A DNA stretch of 64,000 nt, from contig JAYWIR010000003.1 of the NCBI GenBank assembly GCA_036172245.1, positions 1,240,001 to 1,304,000 of the forward strand, read 5' to 3'. The translations under genes and the position numbers were made by a program. Positions 35,296 to 48,519 of this stretch are shown here, in pieces. The notes under the pieces are model-generated. The model was not told the DNA's origin. It searched no databases and saw only the letters and a program-made list of their open reading frames with translations. Source of the DNA: Raillietiella orientalis (lineage: Eukaryota). Position 1 is the stretch's first letter; each line of letters starts with the position of its first letter.

Positions 35296-36169
35296 GCGTC
35301 GGAGGCTTTGTGGTTAAGGCTTCCGCGCGTGACCCCATGCGTCGTGGGTTCGAATACTCCGGCAGAAACTGATGCCACTGCGTCGTTGGGTTCCGAGTTT
35401 CTCCTGCAAGATGGCGCTGGTTGGCCTACATACATTCGGGCGTGGCACCGGTGGTGGTTTAAGCCCGGGACCCCCGATGAAGGCCGGAACAATGGGAATC
35501 AACCTTCGGGTCCTTCCAGGAATAAAGGAGTGGGGAGTTTCCCCTCCTGTCGTGCGATGGAGAACCTCCCTCCGGTTTCAAGATGAAGCAGGAGCCCTCA
35601 CGGGCACCTCTTCAGTTGTTCAAAGGAGTGGACCCCCCATGTTTCGGGGGTCCCTCCGAGTCGTGGCCTCTTCACAGAGTGCACAAGGAAGCAAGCGAGA
35701 GCGATTCCCTGCGGGAAGCTGCAGCGCCCCTTCTGAGTTTCGGAAGCACCCCTTCGGGGTTCTCTTCAGAGGAGTGAACAGGAGCGGTTCCCTTGCGGGT
35801 TCCCTCCGGAGAAGTTGAAATTGAGAGGATCCTCCCCCATTAGGGGGTTTCCCTCCGGAGAGAATGAGGAAGGAGGTTCCCTTCGGGGTTCCCCTTCGTT
35901 GACAACCAGGGTGGGAGGTGCGATCCCCCCCCGGATGGGGGGGAATACTTCACCGAAGCGAGAGAGGAACGGACTCCGAGCCCTTCCTGGATTCATAAGG
36001 CGGACCCCTCCATCCCGAGGTGCCCCCTATCCTGGAGAATTTACACGCCCTCCCTTGCGGGCTGCTGCAGGCGGAGTGGCGTATAGACGAAACAGTGTTT
36101 AAAAGGGCCATGTTCTCCGCGAGCCACGCAACCGGCTCTTGAGGCTCACTTAGCGAACCAAAAAAAAAA
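35296..36169 (+). mobile_element. tRNA-headed SINE-like element, full length (~870 bp)
   Basis: GCGTCGGAGGCTTTGTGGTTAAGG (A box)...GCGTCGTGGGTTCGAATACTCC (B box); second B-box-like copy at ~35380-35400; A-tail at 36160-36169. Confidence 0.8.
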
Positions 36170-36802
36170 GAAGAAAATCCATATACCTCCAAGCAGCGTA
36201 GGACCCCTTCCTCATCCCCTCATTATCCACTGTATGTACTGACTGGTATCTGATTCTACATCAAAAGCAACACCTAGGTATTAAATCTATTATCTTCACC
36301 AAAGCAAGGAATAAGACGCTTCTCTTACGTCGAACAGCAATTTGGGGTGGCGCGTGCATTGGCAAAGCCTACTGCCGTCTGCTAATTCGACTTCCAAAAC
36401 CAAACACTGCATCATCATGCTTTTTAGAATTCTTATGCATACTTCACTTCGCCGACGAGCGACAAGTCGCACGTAAAAATTATTACCTACAGTCACAGCA
36501 CAATTACATCCTGGAATTCACGCATATGTTTCTGCCCTAGTAGACAGTTGACCTCGATACCTGATCCCAAGGATTAATTAGCAGTTTTTAGTGGCAAACA
36601 AAATGCTCTTCGTCAAACCACTTCTTGATTTTTATGGAAACCCCACAGAATATTTCCACATGCTTCATGCGAAAATATTTTCAAGAATAAAACTTACCCC
36701 TTCCATTAACTGGCACATTTTCTAAAAAAAATATATATATATTTTTTTAACCCGATATAAATGTCTTCACCATCACGCAGATCATTAATCGTTCACCATT
36801 AA

Positions 36803-37167
36803 CTCTTTGGGTGCGGAGCTCAGCAGATTTGCCCGTTGGCGAGTCCAAGTGGCGACCTCCGTGGAAGGAATGCTTCTTCGCGTACCGCGTGCTCCGCCGA
36901 GGTGCCGACTGATTTACAAAGTGCTCATTAAAGTTACTACCGGAAATTGCTTATTTATACCTTTATTTATTGCCTATTTATTCCATTTACAGAAAGAGGT
37001 GACTGAAAAACCGAGAACAGCTGGCCGACATAAACGGAATTTCGCTTGCTCTCGTTGCTAAGGGAACCGTAAGAGCGTGAGCGTATGCGTCCATCTCGAA
37101 CATCGATAGTGTCGTCAAGGTAAAACCGTTTGCCAGACGCACATATGTGCCCATATTACCCAAAGGG
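36803..37167. mobile_element. piggyBac-type MITE, copy 2
   Basis: TTAA|CTCTTTGGG ... CCCAAAGGG|TTAA. Confidence 0.8.
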
Positions 37168-38059
37168 TTAATCGAAACATTCAATGTGCTCTGTATTTGC
37201 TAAAGCGCATCGTTCTAAAACTTTCGAAATATTATTATAAATATTACAGTAAACATTAGATATAAAATGCAATTAGCTAATGGATGCTCGATACATTCTT
37301 CCACCTCCCTCTGCGCCGTCTGTCGCTGCCTCAGCAGATCCGCTGGTGGCATGCGGGGGTGCGAGCTCCGACATCAGCGCAAGAAATCCTCAGAGCTTTC
37401 CCAGTTTTCCGCCCGAGCACGCCTTTAAGCCCACGACCTCCAGCGCACACCATCGTGCTGCGCCTACACACCCCACGCCTACGATGAATGCAAAAATCGT
37501 CTGCAAGGGCGCGCGGTCTTGCTGCCACTACAGACACGAGGAAAAGGGCCCAGAGCCCCCAGTCCTCGCTCTCAAAAGTAGTCAGAGAGCCACGGAGCCC
37601 ACGACGCAACCACCACCCTTACGTAACCACTAAGGGATCCCCTACTCCCCACTACCCGCTTCGGTATTGCACTTGGGGCAAGCTCGGCCCCCACTTCCAG
37701 TTCGATTTCGTCTTCTCCTCAACGAGCTGCTCTCGTTGTCTTGCACGAGGCCGGCCTGAGGACAGGTCGAATCCTTCGCTGCATCCTTGAAATTCTCATG
37801 CCGATTCGTCGCTCATCCCTCGCGTTACCCTTCGGCCTCTACGACTGACCACCTGCATCCCCACCGCCACCCCCAACGTAACCAGAAAACCTAGTTTCTA
37901 ACCCGCCCTGTTACCTCCCAGCGCACAGCGCTAATTACTTCAATCCATCCCCTTACAGGCTGCACGGCCCTCATAACTACCCCATTTTGACACTCCCGCC
38001 CACTGAACTCCCCAACAAATCTTACGATCAACCAGAGTTGCACGAGCCACACTCAACCT

Positions 38060-38900
38060 TACGTGAACTTCTCGTTGCGGGTTGCCGGTTCGTCCCACTC
38101 AAAGTGAACGAATGCTCTCAAACACGGACGGCTAGAGGTTAATCTGTGCAAACCCTCATTCAAAGATGCCATCCTCCCTGGGGACAGGAATGGGGTGAGA
38201 AGGGAGGGACGAAGAAGAAATGAATACGCAAACAAAGAACGGGACGCACGGGTCACATGGTACTCAAGAGGATTCCCGGGGGTCCTACGTCGCATAGGGA
38301 AGGGAGGGGAATGCGTTCAGCAGTGCCGGGTCAGTCTTCCCCCCGCATCGCCCAAATGGTCCCTTGTAGCCTACATCCCAGATAGGGGTCGTTCCACTGC
38401 CCTCCGCATGTGGACGATGGCAGTGGCATGACGGCTACGCGCTCCTCCACATTGGCGGACAGTGTTCCGTTGCTCGCACCTGGCAGCGGATTGGCGGCGA
38501 GAAGGCAGCTGGCAACCCTGCAAGAGTATTTCGAGCCGGGATCTTCGAAGGGGTGGCGCGGGTTGAGGCTGGGGGCGCCGGAGCAGCTCATCGACGGACT
38601 TCCGTCCTGGACGCATCGTCCCACCTCTAGGAAGGACGTGCGGCAGGGTTGCCAGCCTGGCGGAGTGGGTGTGGCGGCCGTTGGTCACTCTCCTCACCGC
38701 TGAAGCATGCCGTGGCGTTCCTCGTTTCGCGGGAGACCGCAACACTCCAGCAACGTGGCGGTCTGCCGGCGGCGAAGAGGCTTCCAAGTGGGCGGCATCT
38801 TTGGGCGTGATCTCGTCCGCCAGCCGGCTTTCTTCCCATTGGGCGATGGACTCGGTGAACTTCGAGATCCGGCTGGTCGCTTCTCGGGCCCAGGGCTGTT
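38060..38900 (-). mobile_element. Diverged LINE-like 3' remnant
   Basis: Loose resemblance to 53700-54200; 38709-38755 shares sequence with 49351-49395. Confidence 0.3.
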
Positions 38901-40009
38901 CAGCTATTCCTCACTCCCACCGATTCCCGCCCTCGGATAGCCATTGGCGCTCGGGCATCGCTCCGGGAGTGAAGCAGCAGGTTAAAAAAAACAACTTTTC
39001 ATTCGATGCCTCATCTTCTACGAGACTCACGCGCACCGAACAACAACGGGAGCGTGGCCGATTACGTTCCTCCGCATGACCAAGTGACCTCGATATACAC
39101 AGAGTGTGAACCCGCTCGACCAAGTCATCCCTACTTGACAGCATTCCATTCGAACCCGTCTGTACGCTTTCAAATCGTGGACCCAGTCTGCTGCTCAGGT
39201 ACTCTCAAGCACGCTCTCTCTGCCGTCTCCAAGGTAAATCAAGCTGCAAGAGGCGTTTAAGGAAGTCGCTTGAGCTGGATGTCGATCCGACCGCACTCTC
39301 TAAAGAATGCATCCCTACCGATGCTGTATGCTGGTCTTGCAGCCTGGAAAAAAAAACACAGAAAAATCGATGACCTCAGCGCGTCTTTCTTACCTAATCC
39401 CGTGCATCCATAGAGACTTGGCACTCGCCTCAAGGAAGACCGGGCCCCTAGCAACGAAATTCGGCGACTGGTTGGTAAAATGCGCGAGTCCTCCGGCAAG
39501 AGCGGACACTGAATCTCACAATGGCAACGATCGCTCCAAAGGATGTCTTAGACTCATGAATTTACCAGACGAGGCAGATGCCTTCTCAGCTCGTCCGAGC
39601 TCCTCGTTCTGCCGTGTGCCTACGAGCTGGCTACGGCCCTCCTGACGGTGGTCGCGGAAAAGATCCCACCGCCACCGCCTACGGATCTTGGAAACCTTCA
39701 AGTCCTGAGCGGTAGAGGGGAGTTCCGAGATGCCAATGGTTCAGAGATGGAGACGTGAGCCTGCCCACTATCAGACTCCTTCATGCCTGGGAGCGAAGTG
39801 GGCCTACCACTGATAGTTACCCCGCAGGAGGTGCTTCCGATGTACCCGCTGTTCAGAGTGCGCATCTGGGTGGTGCTCCCTAGTTGGGAATCACCTTTGT
39901 CAGGGAAGGATCCTAGCATGCGCGGAGATTCGCAGGGTCGTTGCCCATTTTTTCGAGACCAGCGTCTGCAAGGGTTGCTTCAGCCTCATTCTGCTCGGCT
40001 GGACTCGGA

Positions 40010-40083
40010 GCCATTACGAAGGCACGGCGTCCGTCGCCGACAGAGCACAGCCATCACGACCGCATGGCGTTCATCGTTGACGC
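40010..40083 (+). repeat. 40-bp tandem repeat (~2 units)
   Basis: gccattacgaaggcacggcgtccgtcgccgacagagcaca / gccatcacgaccgcatggcgttc... Confidence 0.75.
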
Positions 40084-42094
40084 CGTACCTTTGTGATGGC
40101 TGTCCTCTGTCGACTCGGCGCATATCAGCTGGGTAGCCAGGACCATCCGTGGGAGCAGGAAGATTGCTGCCTTCGCCACTACCAGCAATGGGACGAGACA
40201 CACAGCCGCACATTTTCAAACCATCGTGTGCGACTTGCACTCCTGTTTGTTTGCCGGGAGGCACGGTGCCATCGCTAGCATGACGCGGCGAATAGCCGGC
40301 TCCTGCGATTGCCGGCAGAACATGGCGGCTGAGAATGGGGCCATTCCCATCCTCGGTTTGGCACTTCGACCAGATCTTTTCCTCACGGAAACGCAGCGCA
40401 ATAGCTGTATCGCACGTCCGATACCTTTTCGGAAGGGCCACAGCACCGTGGAACATGGGACTGTTCCTCTGCCCCCTCCCTCGCCCCCCACCTACTCAGA
40501 CCTCTGTCCCTGCCGTAGTTTCGGGTCTCTTCGACTTCTCCGAACCAAAAAAACAAAGATCTGCGCGACTCGCGTATCTCTCGAGCGGCATTTAGAATTG
40601 GGGGTGAAACTCATCGTCCCAACCACCGTTCGACATCCACAGGACCCATTTCTTGTACCCATCGGTTGGGATTATCGGAGTCGATGGAGGCGAGTTCTGC
40701 TGATGAGCAGCGCGGATCGCTGGAACAAGAAGTCGATGATCCATTGTGGACCACTCCTTGCCAATTGGCCTGACCACACTGGTCAGACAGACTGGATGCT
40801 TACCCATTCCGCTCTTCGATCGCGTGAGCTGTATAAGATGTACACTTCCACCCTCATCACGTCGGTCGCTATTCATACTCACCATGCTGCTTCCTGTCCT
40901 CATCCATACCGATGTTCCATCCTCCTCCCTAGAGAATGGAACATCGGCATCGTCTGACAGATGCCCAAGTCGGCGGGTCCAATAAACGTCTCAGGTAAGG
41001 CGAATGCAAGATGAGGCTACCAACGGTCTCGTCTTCGCATACATGCGCAGAAATACCAAGGTACGAAGGACTGCACAATTAAGCAAGTCCCCACTTCCCA
41101 CTGGTCCCCACAATCCAGGAACGCGTTTCAGCTTCGATGCCTTTCAGGGAAAGCTGAACGGACCACGCTCTGATGCTTCCGTTTTTTTCATTCCTGGCGG
41201 TGCTGAAGGTTTCCTCTCCGTTTTCGAAGAGCAGACAACTTCTTCCATCACCACATTCGACTGCCCTTCTGCGGCACCAAGTCGGGCCGCAAAGGAGAAT
41301 CCAGACTTGTAGGTACCAGGCTCCATCTTGCTAATTCGATGGCAGCCTGTTCTTCAATCTCCTTGCGATCGCATCATGCCTGGCTGTGTGGAGGCGAGAC
41401 TGCCTCATGAAGGGATTTGTTATATGTGGCGGCGTCTCATTCCGTAGAACCCAGAGGCGACGTGGAATTAAAAGGAAAGGGGTTTCCCCCTCCTTTTAAT
41501 TCTGCATGCGAGGAGGGGATCCAGCCAGGAAGAATTCCCTTCTCCGCGTCCCTATTTCAATGAACTCATCTCCAACGAGGTAAATTGCCCTTACCAGCTT
41601 CTGCCCAATGCTGCCATCTAGTGGCCAATGCCACGAGTGCAACACCTCCACGGTTGGTTGACCTTCAATAACTGCACCGACAACGGTCACTCACAAGAAG
41701 ACACAATCAACGCAATTGTTGCTCAGAAAATTGGCTTACGAGCAACAGCTCACGTTAAAGGATGCTTTCAAATTAAGCAGCTATGCACCCTACGACAACT
41801 CGAGCAATCCCCACTTTACAAAGCCCGATAGAAGAGACAAAAAGCTACGACACTGCAAAAGACGGAACCCTGACGTATGCAAGAACCCAATCCAGAAGAT
41901 ACACCAAAACCTAGAGAGGAAACCGAAGTACCAAATCTCCTCCAAAGAGGGAAGGCAGCACTCGACATGTTGCACTGCGATCCTGCACTACAGCAATCAC
42001 ATCAACTATGATGAAAGAGTGTATTTGAACGACGTATAAAAAAAAAAAAATCAAAAATCGAATGACAAACGAAAGACTGAAGTATTAACGACTC

Positions 42095-42244
42095 CGGCAA
42101 CGAACTCTGTGCAGTCGTGATGGCTGCTTTCTGTTGACGACGAATGCCATGTGGTCGTGATGGCACTTCTCTGTGGACGACGGATGCCGTGCCTTCGTGA
42201 TGGCTTTGCCGTGTCAACGACGGACGCTGCGCCATCGTTACGGC
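42095..42244 (-). repeat. 40-bp tandem repeat (~3.5 units), same unit inverted
   Basis: tcgtgatggc at 42115, 42155 and 42195, and tcgttacggc at 42235 (exact 40-nt period). Confidence 0.85.
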
Positions 42245-45200
42245 TGTCCGCTGGCTTGCTGACTTGGAAGGAGGCACGCGCCAGTCTACATGCCCCGAAT
42301 GCTCCTGCAGACAGGAAGATGTGCACTGTTTAAGCAGGACGACGAACTCTGATGCAGACCAGTTGTTCTCCTACGGACCAGCAGCCATCGTAGATCTCAC
42401 GAGAGGTGGTCGTGGAGCGATCAGACGCGAAATCATGGAAGAATGGAAAAAGGTGGTGATGGCGGGTGTCGACATTTTGACAGATGGCAACACCATCGGT
42501 CGAAATTTTCCTTTTCCTTCTTCCCATCACAGTCGTGGATGGCTGTCTACCATGCATCTCCGCAAGCCTTTCGGAGGGTTTGACCAGAAGCACTCGACAT
42601 GATCTTGGCCTGCCTTTGTGTTCGAAATACCATCTGTTTCGCGAGACGGATGGAACTCCACCGGCGGGAGGAAACCCTGTGGGTATAGTTTTCAACTAGC
42701 AATAATCGCGCCTCCCTAAAGATCAGCGGCGGCGATACTGCCCGTGAGCAAAAACCCTGTGGGAGAGACGGCTGCTTTCGCTTTCTTTTGCACCGAACGA
42801 GTCGGCTCCGACATCGCCGTCCCAACGAAGGCAGGCAGCAAGGGCGTGGTAAGGCTGGGGCAATGAAGATCTTGAAGAAGGGGACAAAAAAGAGAAGGGA
42901 AGGAGGCGATCCGATGAATCGGTTTTGCTTTTCCCCATGTCCCTGCCTGGACGAATATCCGAGCGTGGTCCTAGGAACGGGAGCAGGGTGGAGCACACCC
43001 GGAGGTCGGAACCGGCCAGCTGCTCCCGTGCTACGAAAACGCGGCCGGATCTCGAAAGATTTTTCTTCTTTCCTCAGCTGTCCCGCTCCCCAGGGTCTTC
43101 CCTTCGCACTCTGCGAAAGAGCATCTGCAGTCTCCGTCCAGAGAGCCTTCGTACCTCAGATGAGCGGTGGAAGAGCAGCGTTGGGTGCGCGTCAGCCGCC
43201 GCAGCCTAATTAACTCGATCTTTGCTCTCCGAAACAAAAAATAAAAAAAAATGGATTGTTTTTTTATTGATTTGTTTTTCCAGGAAGGAAGGGGGAATTC
43301 CCGCTTCGTGTGCTCTGGAATTCAACCGCGCTCTCCCGGTCGCCCTGCCACTGGCGCGCCAAATGGGTTTTCCTCAGACGCGGGAAGACAAAAACAAATG
43401 AGTCCCGTAAGTTCGAGGATCCTAGTTCGGGGACAGGAGGTCTGCCTCTGACTCTCGGCTTCGATGCGTGGCTGTCGGAGCAGACCAGGATCCATCCCGG
43501 ACAAATGGGAGGGAGCCCAGAAGGGGATCCGGGGAGGGAGGGAATTTCTAGACTTTCCCGGACAGGAGGGAAAGGCGGCCGAGCTTCAGCCGATGCATGG
43601 GACGGCCGCTCTTCAGTGAATCGCAGCGGGAGACTGAAGGGAGAGGCGTGCCAAGACGCATTTCAGAACCCGGGTGGGCGCGGTGCTCCGACGACGCCTC
43701 TAACTTGTGGGCGGTCCACTGCTGACCTCTTTACAAGGGAAGCTCCCGGGGAACAGGCGCGACCGGCCGCGCTGCGCCCGCAGTGAGTTTCCTAGCCTGG
43801 AGCGAAGCTGCAAGGGAGGTGCAGCTGCGCTGCAGAAGAATGGAGCGGAGGACGGGGGTGCGCGGCCATCCGGTTTTCTCGAGCGGAGGGACCTCTGGCG
43901 AGGCCTGCCCGGATGATGAAGAGGAGGTCTCGCGAAAAGGGACGGAGACGGGACGGGAGGGTGACTCCGAGGAGGCAGGGGGAGTAGGTAAACCCAGAGG
44001 GAGCATGCTGGACCAAAAGCATGTTAAAGTCTGCACGCAACGACGTGGTCCTTGGAGACGCAGCTTAGGGATGGGAGGCATCCGTAAACGTTCTTCCTTC
44101 CCAGTCCTTGGGTTTCGCTATTCACCTCTGTTCCTGACTCTTGCAGGGTTTTTGAAGGTGACCCTCAAAACCTCTGCAGTCGGGTTGAATCCGACGCGGC
44201 GTGGCACGCAGCGAAGCAGCCCGGGAGTTCCTCAACGCTCGACTACCGTCGGAGAATTGTTTCCGGCGCACACTCCGGGACCCGGAAGGTGGGCGAGCTG
44301 TGCCTGGCCAGGACGAAGCCAGAGGCAACCCTGGAGGAAGGCCGGAGGCGACCCCGAGGCTCAGAATGGTCACAAGGGCTGTGCGCAGGAGCGAGAGACG
44401 AATCGAACCATCGGAGGGAACAGCCGGCTCCCTCCGAAGTTTCCCTCTGGACAGCTGGCGTCCGTCGGGGCGGCAGAAGAACGAAGTCTTACCAGGAAAA
44501 GCAGGTGGTCGGGGAGAGGCCATGTAACCGAAATGACCTCAACCCGCCGTCAAACTTCAACTGGACACAAGGAATCCGGCTTGCTTGGACGCTGAAGCGC
44601 GGATCGGAGAACCCATGAGCGCCCCCTGAGTCCATTTTTGGCGAGCAGAACTGGCTCTCATTAGATTCCGCGAAAGGTGTCCATTGCTATGGACAGCAGA
44701 AAGGTGGCAACCACAGAACCCGGAATAGACTAAGGAGTGTCGGGAGCGACTCAGAGACCGAAGCCTAGCCCACCCAAGCGCCAGAAAAGAACCAGGAGGG
44801 AAGGAATAGAAGTGGATCACACTTCGAAAGGGTTCCTCAGAGGCTGGATGAGGCACCCGAGCGCCTTTATGCGGTTGTCTCTCAAGGACGCGAGAGAGGC
44901 TCACTCCCTTTAGAGTCGCCTGGAGGACCTGCCGCTAGTCGTATCTGACGGCGGTGAAGAAGATGGAGGAAGGACGGTGAAAGTGCTCAAGGCAACGGCT
45001 GCCTTACAGGAAGCGAGGAGCCGAGATGGCCGGCTCTTACGTTTGGTAGGAAACCCCGAAGGTAACCCTAGCCCTAGTTGTCTCCGAAGGAAACCCCGGA
45101 AGAGTATGCTCATGCTGGAGCGAATGGATATCTACGTTGCGAAGGAGAACGTCATCCATCGCAGCGAACAACTGGAGTGACCCTGGTGAGTTCCCGCACA

Positions 45201-45479
45201 CCTCCTCGCCTGACGTGCAGCCGGAACCGAAGGACTTGCGTCTCGCCTCCAGGGCTTTCGGAGAAAGGCAGAAAAGTGCAGACTTCCTCTGGGATAGTTG
45301 ACCACACTAGCAAAAAGGAGTAGCCGGAGGTCCCGCTTCCCTTCCAACTGTAGCGGCTGCTGGTTAGAAAAAATCGTTGGCTCGTGGGCTGAGCTGAAGG
45401 AGACCCGCTCGAAGGCGTGGGCCCGCCTGTGACAGTCGGCACGCTCGCTGCGGAAGATCCTGAAGTCCCAGCATGAGCG

Positions 45480-46392
45480 AGTGGGAGGAGCACACCCCCC
45501 TTCCGTGTTACTGCGGCGCTACCCTCTCTGAGGGAGGCGAATGGCAGCAGCCAACCGACGAGCTGAGAAGCCTCCTGCGAGATCGCAGGCAGGGGGAAGT
45601 AGATGAGTGGATGGACCATGGGGCAGCTGGAAGATACTGCGACCCCAATTGCCCTTCCTTGAGGACTTGCCAGCTGGGGACAGCTGCGCGGTATCCTTAA
45701 GGAAGAGCTAAAGTGCTCCCGGTGCTCGCAGGCGGCAGCGCTCTCCTCTTGAAGCGGCAGGAGTCGGCATTTCCGCTGTTGCACCGGGGTCTTCCCTGCA
45801 ACTCCCGCCGACACCGCTGAAAGCTGGTGAGTGCGAGCTCGGACTGCCACAGGTGAGAGGAACGGGAATCCTTCACGCATCTGCTTGTGCTGTCTTCCAT
45901 CCTCGATGGGAACTTTTGAGAACGAGCTGCAAGCCCTGGTTGGCACCCCCAGAGACCTTGTAAAATTCCTCTTCACACGGGATGCCCTGCAGCATCCTCA
46001 GCAGATCTTCGCTGCATCCGTGGGCTCGTGGCAGCCTGGAGCGACGCTCAAGGAGCATTGAACGAGAGGGACGCCATCGGGTGGACACTTTGCTTTCTGC
46101 GGATAGAGGCCAGATGACCCCAGCTGTGTGCAATCCGGACCGACCTAGTTCTCTGAATCGTTTCCAGGATGCAGAGGACGCTCTCCAGAGGACAGTGCAT
46201 CCTTCTTGGCTCTCCACAGTGTTTTTATTTATTTTTCTTCTGTTTCCCTCTCCCCTTGCTGCTGAGGTGGATCGCCCTGGTCAGCGATCCGGCAGTTCTA
46301 CAGGTAAATCGAGCGTGGTATGACCGCGAGTGCCCTACCACAATTTGTGAGTTTCCTTTGAATTTTAAGAAACGCCTCGGCGTGTCTGGCAA
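45480..46392 (+). mobile_element. L1/Tx1-like LINE 3' copy with an uninterrupted 3'UTR (reference for the empty target site)
   Basis: Colinear with 8302-9173 plus 10754-10795; GC-rich upstream 43250-45480 may be its decayed 5' part. Confidence 0.8.
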
Positions 46393-46850
46393 CTCCGAAG
46401 GGAACCCGGAAAGCATCTGCTCCTTCTTCCCTCCTCTGAAGGAAACCCGGAAGGAACGTTTTTCTATTTCCTCTGGAGGGGTGCTCTTCGGAGGGAGCTG
46501 CGCGTTTCCGGCACTCTGGAGAGGCGATGACCCGAGGAGGGGCATCAACCAGCTCCTAGGAACGGCTCCACTATCCCAACCGGAGGCGGACCCCGAAGGG
46601 GACTGGCTCCTTGATTCTTGTAAGGACTCTGGAGGGTCAACTTCCAATACAGGACGGTCAACGGGAGCATCCGGATTCCAGCAGTGCCTCCCCCGAAGCC
46701 TACAGTCCTGCCAGCGCCAACCTGCAGGGGTGAACTCGAAATCCACGACGAGCCCATTTCTCGGCATCGATCCTCCACCAACTGGGAATTCGAACACGCA
46801 ACGCTCGATGCCACACGATGAGCCCGTAGCCACGTGGCTGCCAACGACCT
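46393..46850 (-). mobile_element. tRNA-headed SINE-like element, diverged and 3'-truncated
   Basis: Minus-strand head ...GCAGCCACGTGG...GCGTTGCGTGTTCGAATTCC; body aligns to 54510-54960. Confidence 0.6.
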
Positions 46851-47499
46851 CCTAGGGAGCCTCCAGGAACAAGGACGACCAATGTCGAGCATGATGAGGG
46901 TGACGGTCGGGGACATAGGGAGAGGCTTCCGTGCAAGAGGAAGGGAGGGTGGGCGGATGGGCGCCTCGGACGAAACTGGGCTGCGCGCTTCCCTACCCTG
47001 AGGGAGGTTTCTGTTGCTCAGGCGTGGGCTTCCCGCGCGATTCTCTGAAGGTCGCCTGAGCAGCCGACGAAACCGACGGCCGTGCAGCCGGACCATCCTA
47101 AATCGGCGAGATCGAGGGACTCCCGTCCTTCGATCCTTCGTGGAATCAACGACCAAGGGAACGGACCCTGCGCATTTCCCAGGAAGGCGCCATAGCACGC
47201 CCGCGGAGCACTGGCGGGGCGAAAGCCAAGGGCACACGAGATGAAGGGAGGACATGGGATCTTCGCGTGGAACGGGTTGCTTTACGTGTATTCACCTGAG
47301 GCAAGAAGTAGTACAAGAAGTGCGTCCCGTTATCAAAGGGAGGAACTTTATAGAAAAAAAAAAAAATCAGCAAGCGCGGAATCTCCTGCTGGACGGCTCT
47401 CTCGGATATTCCCCTCCCCCTTCTCCCCCCCTTTCCCCGAGATGTGGAGGTGAGCAGCCGAGCAGCGAACACCAATGGACTCCCACTTGACGCGCGCTG

Positions 47500-48140
47500 A
47501 ATGCCGTTGAGAAGGCGTCGTTCTGCGTTGGTCCTGAATCACGGCGTTTTCTGCATCGCCCGCATCCGTGCCCCCCTTGCTGCTCATCCGAGAGCCGGCC
47601 ACTGGGATTCATCACATTCCAACCCGTTCTTCCAAAAGCAGCCCGGAAGGAACATCGGCTCTCCCCATTCCCGATGGACGACGGCGGAGAGGTCGTGAGG
47701 TGCCTCCTCGCGCATGACTCGACGTCGCGTGCAGCTTCCCTTGCAGCTTCCGTGCTGCCTCCGTGGGATCGCGGCGGCGAGGAGCTGCGCCGAAGAGACC
47801 AATTGAATGATGAGGTCGTTGCAATCGTCTGCTCCTTCATGTGGAAGACGATAAGATGGCCACACCTCTGTCAGCAAGAGGAGGAAGTTGCCCTCTATCC
47901 TCCAGAGGGTGCAGAGGACGCCAGGAAGAAATCTGTGATCCCTTCTCTTCCCTCCTCAACGTTTTTTAAGCTGAAATTCCGTTTTTTTTTGTGTGTGTGT
48001 TTTTGTTTACCCCTCTCCCCACTTCTCCTGTGCGGACCTCATCGAGGGAACTGCTCAAGAGAGGCAGTGCCTCCGAGGCATCTCCTTTCGTAGTGGTCAT
48101 GTGAAACCGCTACGAAGAAAGACATTTTCTAATATTTTAT
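47500..48140 (+). mobile_element. L1/Tx1-like LINE 3' copy
   Basis: Colinear with 24300-24925 (gactcgacgtcgc..gcagcttcccttgcagc; gacgccaggaagaaatctgtgat). Confidence 0.75.
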
Positions 48141-48519
48141 GAGTGTTTTTTTATGACTTTTTTTTTTTTTTTTTTTACAATCAGACCCTCAGCGTGATAG
48201 GATGGAATGAATCTCTGATTCCTTCTTTTTCTTTTTTTTTTCCTTGCAAAAAAAAAAAGAAGGGAAACTGCGCTTCCTTCAACGACGAATCCCATCGCAA
48301 AAGACGATGGACGAAGAAAAGTGCGAAATCATCGAATCGATCCATCCGCATCCCATCAAGCGGTCCAAAACGCAGCCAGCGGCCCATTTTGATGCTTTTC
48401 TCCCTTCATCCCGGCCTTTTGTTTTGCCCGCACTCGGCTCTGGCACATAAACTGCTGGCGTCCAGGGATGACAGAAGCACGCGGATACGGAAGCAAATCA
48501 AAAAAGACTTCGAGAGCAG

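Noticed and set aside
35296..35365. Functional tRNA gene
   Set aside because: A/B boxes are present, but the stems are degenerate and vary between copies, and each head is fused to the same repeat body.
42095..42244. CRISPR array
   Set aside because: Contiguous degenerate tandem units without unique spacers, in a eukaryotic context with no cas genes.
43250..45480. ORF1/endonuclease remnants of the LINE (also 6300-7780, 26600-27600, 49400-53200)
   Set aside because: Suggestive fragments such as ERMDIYV exist, but they are too decayed to call without alignment.
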